DNA of 64,000 nt from NCBI GenBank assembly GCA_013265495.1, contig MU059903.1, positions 124,001 through 188,000 of the forward strand, written 5' to 3'. This stretch comes from Vicugna vicugna (Eukaryota). The translations under genes and the position numbers were made by a program. The first letter of the stretch is position 1, and each line of letters begins with the position of its first letter. Positions 1 to 12,780 of the stretch are shown here, piece after piece. The notes beneath the pieces were generated by a model. The model was not told the DNA's origin, made no database searches, and worked only from the letters and a program-made list of their open reading frames with translations.

Positions 1-651
1 TCTGCCCCATATCGATGTGTTTAGAGTTAATTAAGTCCTCTGCTGAGTCTTCCTGTTTTATAGGTGTGCATGCGATCTATTCTGAACCTGCTAATTTAAC
101 TAATTAGCCTTCAAATGCATCATTCTTTAAGTAACCTTTTTCTTGACTAATGCTCAATAATTTCAGCGGGTTTTCATGGACTGCAACAAGGAAAAGTCAC
201 AGCTCATTTTTCTCCAAAACAGTTTTCTAGCTTTTGAGGTCAATGTGGTTCACAGTCACTCCATGTTTTACAAAGCCCATGAAAGGACATGGCTGGGGTG
301 GGGGGTCCATGTGCCAGGAGGCCTGGAGAGCAGGTGGCTCCCGCGAGGATGAGATGCTAACTCAGAGGACCCTGTTTCACTTCGCCTCTTGATCTTCAAA
401 AGGCGGAACAGGACGCACCCTCCAAGCCCTCGGGGGGCTGTGGTTCAAGCTCGTTGGATGCCTTTCATAGCCTCAGCCTGGGCAGGAGGCACTTCAGAGA
501 AGGATGTTCTTCCTCTAGTGTCTGAGAAGACGGAAAACCTGCAGTCCACTGGCTGCAGAAGCCTGCTGCCTGCGTTGTTGGTGGAAGGGGCTGTGGCACT
601 GCACGTGCTCAAAACTCCTGTTCTTCTTGGGCAGGCTGTCCCACAGGGCAT

Positions 652-990
652 TGTGTCAGCTATCTACTGCTGTGTAACAAATTACCCCAAACACAGTGGC
701 TTAAATGATGTGTGTTATGGAACAGTTCTGTGGTTCTGTGGCTCAGGTGCTGCCTCAAGGGGTGGCCTGGCTCAGGGTCCCCCACAGGCTGCCATGGAGG
801 ACTGGCTGAGGCTGTGGTCATCTCACAGCAGGGTGGGAGAAGGATGGGCTTCCAGGCTCAGCCAATTGGCTGTTGCACTGAGAGCTGCTCTCAGCTCCCA
901 GCCTCTCTGCATGGCACCCAGTGTCATCAGGGGGAGTCTGAAAGTGAGGAAAAGACGGGGTCTCAGTGTTCTGTGACCTGCACTTGTGTC
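652..990 (-). mobile_element. MaLR (MLT1-type) solo LTR, old
   Basis: Begins tgtgtcagctatctactgctgtgtaacaaattaccccaaacacagtggcttaaa, the characteristic reverse-complemented MLT1 3' end (remembered consensus); right boundary approximate. Confidence 0.7.
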
Positions 991-997
991 AGCGCCT

Positions 998-1150
998 CCC
1001 AGGTGGACATCCAAGCCCTGCCTGCTGCCCCTGAGCTCTGGACCATAACTAACTGATCACTTGATGTCGCCACTTGCATTTCCAGTGGGCACCTTCAGTT
1101 TAACACAGCTAAAGCAGAACTCCAGATTCCAGAGAGACTCCTGATTTCCC
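998..1150 (+). mobile_element. LINE-2 fragment
   Basis: ctgagctctggacc...actgatcacttgatgtcgccacttg...cagtttaacacagctaaagcagaactcc resembles the L2 consensus ctgagctccagac...aactgcctacttgacatctccacttgg...aactcaacatgtccaaaactgaactc. Confidence 0.6.
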
Positions 1151-2699
1151 CACGGCACTGAGGGATTTTAAAATTCCCTTTACATTAATCTGTGGTAAGC
1201 GGCAAAGGGCTAGCAAAGTTTAAAGCGGTTGGTCAAAGAGCTCATTTTCAGCCACTTTGGCAAAACATTTATGGAGCAGTTAAAATAAATTATTTCTATT
1301 GATCAAAAGTTAGGTTTTTAAAGTAAAGTATTGCCTTTTATTCCCCCAAATACTATCTTGACGCTAAAACACTGAGGAAAAGCAGGACTGAGCTGCTGAC
1401 CCCGACCCCCCTCCCCGTGGTCGGCGGAGCCTTGTCCACAGAGACCTCAGAGTGGGTCTGGGCCGGCTCTGCTCTCCAGGGCGCCCTGGGCGGGCTGCGT
1501 CCTGCCTTGGATGCCTGCATCCCCACTAGTGAGTACAAAGTGAGCCTGCCCCACGGAGGCCAGAGTCGGTGCTCTCTGAAACGCCCGGCTCAGATGAGAC
1601 GTCTTAGAACCTTCTCTAATGGAGCTGAAACAGAACGGAGAATGTTTCATGAACACTTGGTGATCAGAGATCCAGGCTCTATTACCAAGTTAAACATCAA
1701 GGAACCCATGTGCCATATGCGGCAGCTCTGCACACGAGGCCACGTCACGTACACGTGAGCTTCAGCACCCAGAGAAGAGCACAAATCGCCGAAGTGGGCT
1801 AGGCCGCCCGGCAGAGTGTTGCTGTGCACCAGGACGGGGGCTCTGGTGGTACGCGGACAGAAAAAGGCCCCTGGACAACCACATGGAGCACACACAGCAG
1901 GGGCCAGGGGCAGGCGTGCTTTAATCGGCCTTCCTTGGCAAGATGCTAGCAATGCAAAGATCCCTGTCTTAGGAGGCAGAGACAGGCACGGAGCCAAAGA
2001 CCCTTCTCGCTCCTCCTGCCCTTGGGCCAGGCTCTCCCTGTCCTTGGGGCCGCTGCCCACCTCGCCTGGTGGCAGGATGGCCAGGCGGCGCTGGGAAGCG
2101 AGCACTGGGGACCCAGCTCCAGTTGCCCTCCCTTTGCATCTGCCTGGATGCTTTGCATTTGTTTGAGGCTTGCATCTGCTCCCAGACAATGAGCAGTAAT
2201 TTTAAACCTGTTTAGCACGCATTTAACCCAGTTACTTCTCTTGTGACCATTTCATTTGCATCTGGGGCTCAGTGCAGAGAGGCTGCGAGGAACAAAGCGA
2301 GAGCGACACAGCACCAGCCCGCAGCTGCGGGGCCGCACCAGGCACACCCCCACGCGGCACAGGCCCGCCCGCAGGGGCACCTCCGCCAAGGGCGCCTTCC
2401 TGCAGGCAGGGTCGGGCTGCTGACTGCCCCTGACTGTCCCATGATGGGAGGTACGTGGCGGCCCTGAAGCTCTCCGCCACCCAGGACTGGCGATGGCCCG
2501 AAGGAAGCTGCCTGCTGAGAATCAGAAGTCCCAGGAGGGAAGGAAACCCTCCACCCTCCGTGGCTTGGGCCCCACGGAGACAGGGGCCCTTCTCACCGAT
2601 GCTAACGAATAACCCACCACTGGCCGTCTAGGGGGCCAACCACGGGTTCTGAGGCCTGTGGGTTACACCAGGCCGGGGGTCCCGAGGGAGCTGGCCCAC

Positions 2700-2864
2700 T
2701 GTGGGCTGAAACGAGTCTGCCTTCCTGTTAGCACACACACACCCCCACGGGTAGACACGGGGCTTGTCTCCATGTCCTGGCCGACGTGAACAACGCTGCT
2801 TTGAACATGGGGTGCAGGCAGCATTTCGATGTCGTGTTTTCATTTCCTTTGGATAAATCCCCAC
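2700..2864 (-). mobile_element. L1 ORF2 C-terminal segment, inverted 5' part of a twin-primed L1
   Basis: Minus-strand translation MGIYPKEMKT...CTP matches the L1 ORF2 C-terminus (LGIYPKEMKS...CTPMF). Confidence 0.75.
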
Positions 2865-3330
2865 GGGAGATTATGCAGCCGAGAGAAAGAAGGAAGTCGG
2901 GCCCTTTGCAACAACATGGATGGACCGTGGGGGCGTTATTCCGAGTGAGAAAATTCAGAGAAAGTCAGATTCCATACAATCTCACTGACATGTGACATTT
3001 TTAAAAAGCTGAACTCATAAAAGCAGAGACCCGAATGGCGGTCACCAAGGGCCGGGGGGAGGGGACTGGGGAGAGGCTGGGCAAAGAGCACAAAGGTGCG
3101 ACCAGAAGGAAAACGGGTGACTACGGTCAAGCAACCCGGCTGTAAACCTCAGCGTTCCTCAGGCTGGGTCGTAAATGTCCTCCCCACAGAGGGAAGGGTA
3201 ACTGTGTGACAGGACAGATGCACCAGCTGACGGCCGGTGGCATCACACGGCGACACGCAAATGCATCACACCTGCACGCTGCAGCCCTGAAACACACACA
3301 GCGATAGCTGTCGATCCTGTCTCAGTAAAA
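2865..3330 (+). mobile_element. L1 (L1MA/MB-like) ORF2 end and 3' UTR
   Basis: ttgcaacaacatggatggacc...aagctgaactcataaaagcagaga...gtcaccaaggg, running to tcagtaaaa followed by a CA tail, is typical L1M 3' end sequence. Confidence 0.8.
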
Positions 3331-4055
3331 CACACACACACACACAGAATAACACTCACGAAGAAATACACAGGCACACGACTGCAGCAGGAGCACGCGG
3401 GGCAGCAGTCAACTTTTATCATTTGAAAATTCAGTTTCTGTTCTGTACTTTTCCCCCTTTTTCACTGATAAAGCGTGAAAACTGTCACTAGAAAACTGGG
3501 AGGAGAGAAACGAAGCCATCAATCGTCACTTTGCTGACGTCCTTGGGGCGAGTTTCTAACGTAGCTGTTGTTTAATTTAGATGTTGCTTCCTTTAAAAGG
3601 CTGTCCTGTGAGACAACTACATGCGCGTATTTTTTCCGAAGCCACAGATCAATATGAAGGCAATTACAAATACTTTCATCCTTTAAAAATGAAAGAACAA
3701 GTCAAGTTTTTGAAAAAAAAAAGATATGAAAAAGATGAACGTTTAAAAAATAAAATAAAATGTACTTGTAATTTTGTATATATGATTAAAACAACCAATT
3801 GTCATAATAAGTTGTGCTTATTTAACCAAAAATCAGGATTTTTATTCACCGCTGGCTCCACAGCCCTTGGCACGGAGAGAACTCAGCCAGTGTTAGCTGA
3901 GATCCTGCAGCGCTGCCTGCACGCTGACGCTGGCACTTTTACCCACTGTGACTGTTTGTTGATGTACTGATTTCTGCGTCTGTGAAGTGACCATTATCGA
4001 AGGGCTTCCTCTTGGGGTGGCTGCAGGATTAGACGAATTAACAAACACAAAGCAA

Positions 4056-4080
4056 GCTGCCGCTGCCGCTGCCGCTGCCG
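4056..4080 (+). repeat. (GCTGCC)n hexamer microsatellite, about 4 copies
   Basis: gctgccgctgccgctgccgctgccg read directly. Confidence 0.9.
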
Positions 4081-6079
4081 ACGTCACCTCCCCGTCTGGG
4101 CTGTGAGAGCTCCGGGCGGGGCCGTGTCTTCCTCGCACGGTCTGTAATCGCGTACGGCCCGTGTTTGTGGGTGAATAAACAAACGAGCCAGAACAGGTGG
4201 ATGAGGAGGGAGGTAAGGAGTGAGCGGTACAGAGAAGGTGAAGCTTGGCTGGGCCTCTGGGAGTGAGAGGTTAGGGCTGGGATTCCCGGTGTCCGCGCTG
4301 CAGACAGTTCGGCTGGACGATGCTTTGTTGCGGGGCCGCCCTGAGTTGGCAGCACCTGGCCCCCGCCGATCCACGCCAGGGAATCCCCAGTCGTGACATC
4401 GAAACACGTCTCCTGCCCTTGCCAAGGGCTCCCTGGAGGGGCATTCAGATGACATCATTCTGTCAGGGCTGTCCTTACAGAGGGCCAGAGATTTGAGAGT
4501 CTGCCCCAACCCATGCTTGTTGTTAAAATTTTGCAAAACTGAGGGTTTTCAGGAGCTACGTGATGTGTATGGTAGATGTGCCTGATCAGAGGGAACACCC
4601 CCAGTAACAGAGATCTCTCTCTGAGAATGAGGTTAGGGATGACTTCACTTTCTTCTTTGGGATTCTACATATATTCCTAATGGATACCATTTAAAACTCC
4701 ACAAAGTTTTCTTTTACTAAAATAAAACTGTATATGATATGTGTTTAATTTATTTAATAAACGTATTGAAAAATATTTCTTTTCTCCTTCTGATCTAAAT
4801 CCTTAACTAAGTGTAACCCAGTCAGTCCACATTCTTGAGGTCATAAGAGCATCACTGGAGGTGACAATAATCACTCTATAAATACAGATATGGAAAACGG
4901 AGGCAAACTCCAGCCGCTCACCTGAAACGGCATCTTTCCCCGACCCTGGGTCTTGCTGGAGGTGGTTCTCCCACAGACTCGGCCTCTGGTCGGCGGCAGG
5001 GCCCCCCATGGTGGATGTCATGTCCGACCACCCACAGCTGCACTGCACCACTGCGTTTCAATGTGACTGTGGAATTAGGGCCCGATTCTGCCTGGTGCTG
5101 GGTGCGGAAGGAGGCCAGCTTTAGTGCCAAGTTGCTCTGCGGTCATTTGGACGTTGGTGGCAGTTTGCCAGACGCAACATGGCCTGGCTCATCCCCTCCC
5201 TTTAGCGTGAGGACAGCATCACCGGGGCCACAGGCGTCGGGGACAACGGCACACGCCCGTGCCACGTGTCTACAACGCTCAGACTCTGCCTTCTTCAGAC
5301 TTCGGGTGGTGGATAAGGATTACTTTAAAACGCACACGGATGAAGCCCACCAAACACCGGGAACTAAGCCCATCACAGAAACGAGGACACGGCACCCGGG
5401 GCAAAGCTGGAGGCAGCTTTTCTCGGCCGCTGCTCAGACCAACCGCTTGGACATTCCGAGATTCATTTTTCCCCTTGAGCTCTTAGACAACAATTATTCC
5501 TTGAAACTGAAGAATAGGTTTCTTAAGAAAGGCTAACAGACAAAGAGGTTCTTCTTGGAAACAGTGCTCAATAGTAAGATAATAAAATGTTTGAATGCCG
5601 GTGTTATCCAAGGCTGATAATAATATATTGCCTACTTCGCTTATTTTATTTTTTGCAGGCCAGACAAATTAAATTAAACCTGCTCTTTGCTCAACAGCGT
5701 GAGGTGCGTTGTTAAAAATAGCTCTGCTCCTTCAATGGAATGACCCACTCGAGGTGCACGGGCGTGGGGTCCTCCTCCAGGAGCGGGCGGCACACGGCAG
5801 ATGGGAAGCCTAGTAGCGGGGGAGCCGAGGGAAGAGAGAGGCTGTGCCTGTTTGGAGGGATGTCAGGAAACACCAGTGATGCCGAAACTGTAAACATGGA
5901 GGGAGCCCGGAGCCTGGGTGACCGAGGGTGCCCCGGGGACCAGCTGGGCGAGAACCGTGCCGCCAGGACCTCGCAGCCCTGAGGATGCTCCTGCCCCCAG
6001 TTTTAACACGAGCCAGACAGCATTTACGTGCAGCCCGGCCAAGGCTTCAAGTTAACAAACTGTTTCAAAACATCTTCAC

Positions 6080-6560
6080 TTCTCATTGGTAAACACCGGG
6101 CCTACTAATATATATTGAGAAAATTAGTGTTTTCATGCAACGTTTTCTGGTACATTACCTAAAGTCAATGCGCAACTCACACTTGGCGTTTCGTTGCTAG
6201 CAGCGTCGGGCTGCAATGCTTCACCACCAACTATGGGCGTCGCAGCAATAATTTGACAGGCGATAAAAAGAGAATAAGCTCTTTGGTGCAGTTTTTATCG
6301 TCTGTTCTCCACAGTCTCAGGCACTGGAGTGGAAGGAATGAAGACGTACAATTTAACCAGTATGTTTACACGCATCCAACAGATATTTTTCTCGGGAGAT
6401 TAATTGAATTACACCTATAAAGTATTTATATTGCATACTTATCAGTCCCGAGATGGTTCTGAACAATTAGGAGAATGTTTTCATTAGTATGAAAAGATAA
6501 CTACCACTGCCACGCAACCCTGTGCCACATCCCATAAACAGAACGCTAATAATTTTTGCA
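6080..6560. promoter_or_regulatory. AT-rich non-repeat island, candidate conserved non-coding element
   Basis: AT-rich unique sequence in a GC-rich background, with TAAT/TGACAG/GATAA motifs and an inverted repeat at 6256-6305. Function is inferred only. Confidence 0.35.
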
Positions 6561-6764
6561 ACCGTACCCTTTTGTGACGCTCCATGGAAGGCGTAACTTC
6601 AGTGAAGTGTGTTAACTCTAAAATCTCAAACCCCGAGTATCAGGTGCCCTGGCATCAAAGCTGTGCCCTCTGTACTGTCACGGGCGTCCCACGTGCAGCC
6701 ACAGAAAGGCAGCGGATTTGGTGGGGTGAAAAATGACCTGGTTCTTCCTTAGTTTTGCTGTTGT

Positions 6765-6860
6765 AAGTTGTGTTACGTTGAGCCAGTCCTGTCTCGTCTC
6801 TCTGAGCCTCAGTTTCTCCGTCTGTCACTGGTGTGTTGGGGTCAGAGAGGGACGCCACTG
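6765..6860 (+). mobile_element. MIR core fragment
   Basis: ctctctgagcctcagtttctccgtctgt matches the MIR core ctctctgtgcctcagtttcctcatctgt. Confidence 0.7.
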
Positions 6861-7344
6861 AGCAGGTCCTTGCAGAAGCCAGCAGGGGGATGTGAATGTG
6901 GTTTAGGTGGGATGCAGGAAGGGGTGTGCTGGTACGTGCTCAACAGATGGCTCTGAAAAAGCAAAACAGGAGAGGGAAGGGGTCCTGACCTGTAGTGTCC
7001 GCCCACTCCTCCAGTGTAAAAATCCCCAGGATGGCTGATTTCAAGCAACCACTGTGACATCAGTGAACACTGCCAGCTCCCCGGAGTGAGGCCAAGCTGC
7101 TCCAGGCTGAGACGAAGTCATGAGTCAGACAGGCTGCTTGTAAGGCATCCATGCTGCGTGGGAGCATAAAGATAAATTCATTCTCTGACGCATCTCTGGA
7201 GGTCCTACTGTGCGGAGCCGTTTCTGCAGGCGCTGAGTTACAGCACGGATGCCCCACCCTCCAGCGAGAGGGTCGGACAGCGAGTAAACCCAAGCCCACT
7301 CTGCACACCTACGAGCAAAAGTGGTGAGTCCAGAGACCCACCTA

Positions 7345-7420
7345 ACAGTCATTCATGTATTCATTCAGTTGACACACGCTTATTGAACCCTCCCACGTGC
7401 TGGGGGAGGCAGGTCAGTGC
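7345..7420 (-). mobile_element. LINE-2 3' end fragment
   Basis: tcattcatgtattcattcagttgacacacgcttattgaaccctcccacgtgctggg resembles the antisense L2 tail cattcattcaacaaatatttattgagcacctactatgtgccagg. Confidence 0.6.
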
Positions 7421-10400
7421 ACAAACCCAGACAGCTCCTGCCCCGCGAGGAGCTCAGATTAGTGGCCAGAGGGCCTAACCCAGCGACCCCTGAGTCCTGG
7501 AGGGCAGGCGCCGGCCTGGGTCGGCTACAACCCTGGCAGAGATGGAGACCAGGGGCCAAGCGCTTTCCCTGGACCCTGGAGAGGAGACGCAAGGTGGAGC
7601 CTGTATAGACACCAGACTCCGGAGTCAATCTTGGAAGGGGCCGGGCTGGGAAATGGCACCGCCCCCTGGGCCAGCACGGTACCCAGGGCACAGGAGGCGC
7701 TCGCCCCAGAGGAGGATGGCGGCACAGGTGGCAGGCGGGCAGGAGCTGCCCCCCAGCTCTCGGCAGCCCTCTGGAGTCTCCAGGAAGAGGAAGGAGGGGC
7801 AGCCTGGGCACAGGTACAGGTCACTCCGGGTGCAGTGTCTGTTGCCAGCATCTGCTGAGAGCGTGCCAGACACCAGGCACTGCTGTGGCCCCAGGAACAC
7901 AGAGGCCGGGAGGGTGGTTCTAAGCGACTGACAAAAGCCCCTTGGGGTCTGGCCCTGACCCCACCCACACTCTTCGAGAAGAGTCAGTGTGGAGCGATGG
8001 ATGAGGTCATCTCAGGGCACCACAGACCAGCTCCACCGTCACACTTGCGGCTGCTCCTGCCGCCCGCAACTGTCTTCTAGGCTGGCTCGCCTGCTGCTCT
8101 GACCCCAGCAGCTCACTGTCCGTCATGGGCGGGAAGGGGCAGCTCCTCACTGGGCACCCAGGTCCCCGAGCAGCCCACACAGGGTCCCGCAATGCGGCCA
8201 CACCGGACCTCCTGACAGGGGTCCAGGGAAAGGTGGCTGCCATGAGGGCAGCTTTACCTCCTAATCACATTAAGTGGGTGCGTGGGTGATGGGGTGACGA
8301 GCGAGGAAGACGAAGCGGAGAGCAGGCACACAAGTGCCGGCTCACGGTGCCCGGTCCTCACTGTCCCGCCCACCACAAAGGCCGGCCCTGCGTGGGGAGC
8401 TGTGGTTCTCGGCAAGGAGAGAGCCGGCTTTCTCCTGGGTCCCCAGCACTGGCCCCTTAACTCTCGGACTCAGGGTGGGCTTGGGACTTTGGCTCCGGGA
8501 TTGAGGAACAGTGGAGACGTGAGTGTGGGGAGGGTGTGGCGGCCAGACCACCTGGCTCACAGGACACTGCAGACTCAGGGGCCCTGAGTCACCCCCATGG
8601 AGATAGGTGACCACCCTCGTTATCCACCCTCAAAGTCCAAAGGAAGAGCCCCAGCTCGTTCGCTCGTCCAGGTGCCGGGAAGGGCCGTCAAGGCAGCTGG
8701 GGTCCCACACTGACCTGGATGCTGGGGAGCTGGCTGGAACGGGGCTGGGATCAGAGACCCCGGTCAGCCTCCCTGTTACTGAGTGCTCAGGGCGGAGGCG
8801 AGCCAGGTGTGGATGGCGGGGCAGACAGCTCCCGGGGGGCCCTGAGCGTGGCTGTAGGCGCCCCGCCCACTCTGCTCAGTGAAGGGTTTGTGACCCCGCC
8901 TCCCACCCCCTCATTCGCAGCAGGACGGCTGGTCTCACTGGCGCCCCACATCCGCCTCTACCCCCAACTCCTTTTCAGCCAGCAGGTAGAAGGCTCTTTT
9001 AGGAAGTGCAAACTGGATGATCTCTCTCCCCTTCATTAGAAGTATCAAGGCTTCTGATCACCCTTGGGAAGATCCCAAAGCCCTCTGAGGGGCCTGAGAG
9101 CCCAGCAGACGCCCCCTTGCACCCTCTTGCCTCCTGGCCCAGCCACTTCTGCCTCGGGAGACCCTGACCAGCGAGGCGGGCGCAAGTGATAGTCCCCCGT
9201 CCTCGCGGCTACCTCTCCTCAGGTGGCGGCTGAACTGCCTCCTCGGGGAAGCCCCCTGCAACCCGAGGCAGGATGGGCTCCGGGGCGGCTGTGATCACAC
9301 AGTGAGGACTGTGAGTCATCGGCTGTGCAAGTGTCTGTAACGTGTGAACAACTGGGCTGTAAATGCTGCAAAGCCAGAGAAAGACCTTCCTGTTTGATGG
9401 TTGCCCGCCTGACGCCCACCAGGGCTGGGCAGGAGAGGTGCTGTGACTCAGGAGGGAGCGGCTGGGGTGGAAACACCACAAGTCGGTGGGGAAGCGTAGG
9501 CTCTGATGTTAACCTTGGCCGTGAGCTTAGGGGCATAGCTGGACCGCGTGTGGTCAGTACCGGGAGTGAGTGGCCTGTGGCTTCACTGGGCATCTTATTT
9601 AGGCTCTGGCTGGCGAAGAGGTTCAGAGTTATCTCCACGGTGATGCACGTCCTTCCCTACGGGCACGGCCGCTGCAGAGTCTGGCCACGCCGACATCTGG
9701 ACGAGGGCACGTCACAGCAGCCCTGAGAGGGGCCTCTTGTGCGGCCGTCTGTGTGACTGTCCTGGGCACAGGCTGCCGGCTCTAGTTGAAAACTGCATTC
9801 TTTACAAAGGTCCAGATGACCCCAGATGCCACAGCACCGCGGCCGCACATTCAGAGAGGATGGCAGACAAGAGGGTCAATCTGGGGTAAAGATTCCGTTT
9901 TCTGGACGTGTAGGTGGCAGGGAGGGCCCAGGCTCAGCTCTGTCTACCACAGGGGAGGGGACCAAGGCTGTACTTGAGGTCTGTAAGGACAAGCGGGGCC
10001 CTCTCGCCCTGGTGTCCCCGCCCCATCGCAGCCTGGGCAGGGCCTCCAAGCACCTGGGGACCCGTGAGCAAAGTGCATTCTCTGGGTCCCGCCTGAGACC
10101 CGCAGAACTGGGACCGGGGTGGTTCGGCATGCCCTGCCCTGCGCGGATGCTGACTGCACTCCATTGTGAGGACTCGGTCTGGGGGTGAGGGGAAGCCAGG
10201 CCCCCGAGGGGATGGGGAGGTGCCCTAGCCAGAGGGGTCCGCTCACCCTGCCGGGGGCTGCAGCCTGTTCTGTATGTTTCCTGTTGTGCTGTTTCTGTCA
10301 TTTCTGTGGCGGCTGGAGGAGAGACTGGTGGATACCAAGAAACAGGTGAGTGAAGCCCCTGCTTGAGTCAGGAATCTCAGGTGTGCACGTGATTCCATAA

Positions 10401-11959
10401 AACAGAGCAGCTCTTCTGCCCCCTCCCCATCCCAGACATGAAAAAGAGAAATAGCTGGTAGGAGGCCCTGCCCAGACAGCCTTGACTCCAGGTACCCGAG
10501 GTGACATCAGTGCGGCACCAGGGAGAGGCTCTCCAGACTGACGAGCTGGCCCTCTGGGCGCCCACGGCAGGCGCCACATGCTCTCCCAGCCCTGGTGGCC
10601 CCTGGAGACCAGGACGGAGCGAGAACTGACAGGCAGGCCCGCCAAAGCCATGCACGCCTTTACAAAGATGCTCTGTGAACTGATGTGCAAAGACGACGGC
10701 ACACAGTTGTCCCGGTCGCACTGGGAGGACTTGGGCTATTTCCCGGCAGCCACGTCCCCAGGGCCTGGCTTCTGCTGAGGGAGTGTTCCCCCATTTAAAA
10801 CTTCAAGGTTTAAGGACCTGAAGAATAGCAACTGATGAGGAAAGACAAGTCGCCCAGATTTTAAAATTTATTTGTCATCACAATGATTACTCCCTCTAAA
10901 GTTGCCTCCCTCGGGGAGGAAAGCAGAATTGGAAAAACAGTGGTTCTTCATCCCGGCCTTCGTGTGTGCGCAGCTGGAGGCCTGGGGCATGGGAGCCGGG
11001 GACCCTCAGGCCCTCTGCTGGAGGGGCCGGCATCCAGGACCGGTCTGTGGGCAGCCACAGCGCACTCAGTCCCACCGCGTGAGGCGTCAGCCCCCAGCCG
11101 GTGCAGGCAGAGCAGGGGACAGGGATGACCGGCTCTCAGATTCCTCTCACTCAGCCCAGCCTCTCTTTACAGAGGCCCCCCTGGGCTGCTGGCTCCCTGG
11201 CTCAGGGCTGGGCCCCTTTGCTCCCCACGAGACCCTGGACCCATGTCCTCAGGCCCAGCTTGAGACCTGTGCCCTGAGCCTACTTGCTGGCTCCTCCTCT
11301 CCACATGCAATCCCTTCCTGTCCCCTGGGGTCCTGTGAGTCCCCCTCTGGTGTCCTAGGGCTGTGCTCTGGCCCTGTCATGTGAGGACTGGCCTTGGCCA
11401 TGGGGCCAGCTCTCCAAGCTCCCACCTCTCTGGCTCAGCTCAGCCCTGTTTCCTCTGCCTGACCCAGAATTATTGTGACGCCTCTTTCCAGCTTGTCCTG
11501 TGCCCATGAGCAAGGCAGTAACCAAGCAGATGCCCATGAAAGGAAAGCTTCCCCAGCGACAGACCGGAGCCTGGTCAATGCCCACAGACCCGCTGTGCAC
11601 GGCCCACGGTGGCGTTCGGGCTGCAGTGGGGAAGCTCGGCCCAGGCAGACGGACACAGACAGGCAGCATCATGGATGTCGGTGTGACAAGTGTCGGGCCT
11701 GGGTCCAAATGCCAACCCTGCTACTGACTTCCTCAGTGTCCAGGGTGGTCTAACCTCTGCATGCCCCCGTTTTCACCCCTGAAAAGTGCCTGGGGTCGTG
11801 GGGCCAGGCAGGGCCTCCCAAGGCCGGAGGGGACCCCGGGGTAGCCCCACACAAGTCATCTCCTGCTTGATCTCGGCCCCAAAGAGCAGGAAAGAAAGTC
11901 ACACTCCTGAGGGGGCGCTGGGCGGGGAGGGGGGCAGAGCTTGGACCAGTTCTGAGGGC

Positions 11960-12780
11960 ACAGCTGTCAGAGGTTCATCCAACACGGCAGTTATTTCTTG
12001 TAGGAAATGCCCGATTTCAACTGAAAACCAAAGCAGAGAAGGGCCTCTGGGGGACAGAGAGGACAGGATGCCCCGACAGCCAGGGATGCAAGTGTGGGGG
12101 GCCAGAGGAGACACCCAGGGGACAGAGAGGACAGGACGCCCTGATGGCCGGGGACGCAAGTGTGGGGGGCCAGAGGGGACACCCAGGGAGCTGCCCGCTG
12201 AGAAGTGAGACTCGCATGAGGACACAGGAGGACACGGGTGGCAGGGGGACAATGATCAAATCAGTCGGGGAGCAATAGAGAGATCAGCCCGCAGACACAG
12301 GGAGCCCCAGGGAGTAAGGACCCAGCCGGGAAAGTCAGAAAAATCCTGCAAGACACGAAAAAGAGAAAAATCCCAAAGCCTTCAGAAGTGAAGAACAAAT
12401 CCATCACAGAGGAAGAAGCGCCAGGCCGGCATCAGCTTCCCGCCCGGACACTGAAAGCCAGACGACCACAGAGCACAGCTGGAGGCAGGCAGGATGTGTG
12501 CAGTCCCAGGAGCCCGTGGCGCCGCTGTCTGTCGAGGGGACGGAAGGATGGTGCCAAATACCCAGGGAGCCTCCCTGGGACACACCTGAGGAAGGAACCT
12601 CGAGGTGAGCTTGCAAACAAGCAGATAAACACACACAGGTCCCTATAAGAGATGATAACTTATCCAGGAAAGAGAAATACAGGTGCTAAAGAAGTATTTT
12701 TTGAAATTGAACAGACGTACCATAGGCAAAGCCTCCAAACGCCCAGAAATAAAAGTATTAGATCTAGAAAACCTAGGAGT
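11960..12780 (+). mobile_element. Degenerate old L1 ORF1 fragment
   Basis: gagaaaaatcccaaagccttcaga...ggcatcagcttc...acactgaaagccagacgaccacagagc resembles the L1M ORF1 C-terminus (gacatcagacttctc...acactggaagccagaagacaatgg). Confidence 0.55.
12050..12187 (+). repeat. Two-copy 68-bp imperfect tandem duplication
   Basis: Unit ggggacagagaggacagga...caagtgtggggggccagagg.gacacccagg starts at 12050 and again at 12118. Confidence 0.85.

Noticed and set aside
4922-5040. Minus-strand CAG|gtgagc donor with open frames upstream
   Set aside because: No convincing acceptor and no known protein match.
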